From positions 124,001 to 188,000 of the forward strand of contig MU008185.1 of the NCBI GenBank assembly GCA_010909165.1: DNA of 64,000 nt, read 5' to 3'. The position numbers were made by a program, and so were the translations under genes. The notes under the pieces are model-generated. The model was not told the DNA's origin. It searched no databases and saw only the letters and a program-made list of their open reading frames with translations. How positions within the stretch are numbered: the first letter of the stretch is position 1; the number at the start of each line of letters is the position of its first letter. Positions 61,140-64,000 of the stretch are shown piece by piece. Origin of the DNA: Anthoceros angustus. Its lineage: Eukaryota > Plantae > Anthocerotophyta.

Positions 61140-64000
61140 GATGTGGCGTACCGATGATGACCGGGCGCGCGCATAATCCCGTGTCGTTGTAGGAAGGAGT
61201 CCGTCTCAAGGAATGTCCAGTGCTTATTCTCGCTCGAGTTTATATCGCCCGAACGGACTTCATCGTTATCCCGGCTCACGAACCCCAAGTGTGCCTCCTC
61301 AACTCCTTTGGACCAGCGCCACCAACGGACCTTCCCACAAACCCCGCCTCCTGATTTCTCCAAGACTACCGGAATAAAGTTTAACGACGCTCCTTCGCCA
61401 CCACGTGACTCTAGCTACGCCCTCAACTCGTCCGCCACAACTCCACCTCAACACACACACGCCGTAACTCGACCCTTCTCCTTATCCATTCCCTAGTAGT
61501 CACAACACCAACACGCTGGTGTATTCACAAGCCGCCTTTGCCCTTCCTACCGCTTTCACTGCTCATGGAGAAGTAGCCGCATCAGATCCCCACACCTCCT
61601 GCTCCAGCCTCCTCCAAGGATGGCTTCCGCCCACAGAAGTCACCCCTAAGCGCCTCAATCCTCCGGCCGCTTACTGCTCATGGAGAAGTGGTCAGCACCG
61701 TGCATCCCCACAAATGCCTCCTGCTCCAAAGAGCCTCCAAGGATGGCTTCCGCCCAAGAAAGTCACCCCAAGCGCCTCTAATCCTCCCGGCCGCCACGCT
61801 CTGCATGAGGCGGGTGCACTCGCATCCCCACGCCTCCGCTCCACAGCCTCCAAGGTTAGTCTCGACCCGAAATCACCGAGCACCTCCCCGAGCTCAGTCC
61901 CGACCCCGTCCGCACCCATCAAGCGTGTTGGCGGAGCTCGTCACCGTGAGCTCTAAACACATCCTCTACCACCAATTAATCCTCGTGGTGGACGCAGAAC
62001 TCACTCCGCCTCCCGAGCACGGGGCAAGAGCACACACGGAGCCAAGATGGTACCCGGATAGTCTGCCGTCTTGGACGCCAGCCTTCCTATATACTCCCAT
62101 ACCCTAACCTAACCCGCCTATGTATGTATCCTATAACCCGCTATGTATGTACCCCAACCTGGTCGGGTAATCACGGACGTAGCTCATCACCGCTACGGAC
62201 TTCTTGCACCAAAACCGCTTCCCGCCAAACAAGAGATCCATGCGATGCCCACCAACCAAAACCACTGGACCACTCATGGGCCTCGGCCTCCTGACCACCC
62301 GCTGACCTCCCGGACCTGACCCAATCTGGCCGACCGCCCGGACGACAATCACTCTGGACCGCCTTGACCACACCGGACCTCCCCGGACGGACCACCGCCT
62401 GACCGCCTCGCCGGACGGACCACCACGGACCTGCCCGGACGTGACCACTCCGCCTGACCTCCGCCTCGACGGACCATCTGGCCTGGACCGGACGACGGAC
62501 CACTGCCTGACCGCCTCGACCACCACGGACCGACTCCCGACCCGACTGACCCCGCCTGACCGCCTCGACGGACCAATCGCCGGACCGCCCGGACGACCAC
62601 CCGGACCGCCCGACGGACCACTCGACCCCGCCCCACGACCACTCCGGATCTCCCGGACGACCACTCTGACCTGGACCCCGCCTGACTGACCACCCGCCTC
62701 GGACCGACCACCCGGACGGACTAATCCTGGCCTGACGCCTCCCCGGACTTAGGGTCTAGGGATTGCACATGCAATCCGCCAAAATGGCCTTTTATTGCTA
62801 ACCCTCCCTATCCCTCTTAACAAAGAACGACCCAAAAACAAAACAAGCAAGACAAGTCGCCAGAGTACTGACATCTGATTTGGCACCCACATACTCCCTC
62901 TTCTCATCCGCTGGCGGCCTCAACACCCTGCAATACTCCGCTCCGTCCTCCCTTCTCACTTTTACTACTCCTCGTGTCGGTGGTCAACATTGGCATCCTT
63001 TTTACCAAGAGTCCTCCTCCGCTGAGGATGAGTCGCCTCCTCCTCCGAGGTTGATGTGCCGCCCTCCTCAGCCGCCTGCGCCCATCTTCTTTCTCCTTGA
63101 GCATGCCCTCCCGCCAGATTCGCACCTGTCCGTCCCCGTGGCATCCTCCCGACTTATATATACTCCAAACCGCCCACCATTACACCCATCCACAACCGCA
63201 ACTGGCAACCCCTACTCCTACCTACTAACTGTGCCCACAACAATACCATTTAACGGCGCTTAAAATGTGGCGCGACTTTGGCCGACACCGGCGCATAATC
63301 CCGGTCGCTGTAGGAAGGAGTCCGTCTCCCAAGGAATGGTCTCGTGCTTATTCTCCAGCCCATCGCCCAACGGACTTCATCAGTGTGGGTCCCTGGCTCC
63401 ACAACCCTAAGTGTGCCTCCACAACTCGTGGACTGTGCACCCACCGGACCTTCCCACAAACCCCGCCTGATTTCTCCAAGATTACGAATGTTTAACGACA
63501 CGCTCCTTCACCACACTCTAGCGCCCAGCCTCAACTCGTCCGCCACAACTCCACCTCAACACACACGCCTGTAATACCCTCCTTCTCCTTATCCATTCCC
63601 CTAGTAGTCACAACACCAACACGCCGATGTATTCACACCAAAGCCGCTTTTGCCCCTTCCTACCGCCCACGCTCATGGAGAAGTGGCACAACCCCAGAAC
63701 CCCACCTGCTCCAGCCCTCCAAGGATGGCTTCCGCCCAAACAGTCACCCCAAGCGCCCTAATCCCCTCCTACCGCTCACGCTCATGGAGAAGTGGCTCAC
63801 CGCATCCCCATGCCTCCGCTCCAGCAGCCTCCAAGGATGGCTTCCGCCCAGCAGTCACCCCAAGCGCCTCCTAATCCCCTCCTACCACGCTCATGGAGAG
63901 TGGCTTCACTGCATCCCCACAGCCTCCGCTCCAGCCTCCAAGGTTAGTCTCGCACCCGAGAAATCACCCGCGAGCACCTCCTCGAGCTCAGTCCGACCCC
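61140..64000. repeat. ~2.14-kb-period direct repeat (61140-61960 / 63280-64000) with internal ~120-bp subrepeats and a gacc-rich microarray (62300-62740)
   Basis: gcgcataatccc...ggaccttcccacaaaccccgcc...ccaaggatggcttccgccca...gagctcagtcc shared between the two units. Confidence 0.8.

Overview
Eukaryotic land-plant nuclear DNA. Short GT-AG introns, very compact gene spacing and PLS-class PPR relics suggest a hornwort or another seed-free plant (inference only). There are two gene-dense islands. The first (~1-14 kb) holds a SAWADEE-domain gene, a PDF-motif/PPR relic, a PPR-SMR gene, signal peptidase SEC11 and a RanBP2-type zinc-finger gene. The second (~29-35.5 kb) holds a PPR relic, HEMB1/ALAD, PSMD9/Nas2 and TGD1. 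The rest (15-28.5 kb and 38.6-64 kb) is nested, decayed transposable elements: CRE-type non-LTR, Ty3/gypsy, copia and CAC-terminated DDE DNA transposons. Much of it is in error-rich tandem or inverted duplicates, some possibly long-read assembly artefacts. The standout result is two unrelated kinds of DNA methyltransferase inside TE sequence. (i) A DNMT3-like C5-cytosine methyltransferase follows gag and protease in a retrotransposon (20.9-23.0 kb, two copies). (ii) A prokaryotic-type beta-class N4-cytosine/N6-adenine methyltransferase occurs as two diverged paralogous remnants next to DNA-transposon termini (24.2-25.0 kb minus; 54.45-54.8 kb plus). All of these copies are frameshifted or truncated here, so function has to be judged from intact copies elsewhere in the genome. 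Coordinates of TE relics are approximate.
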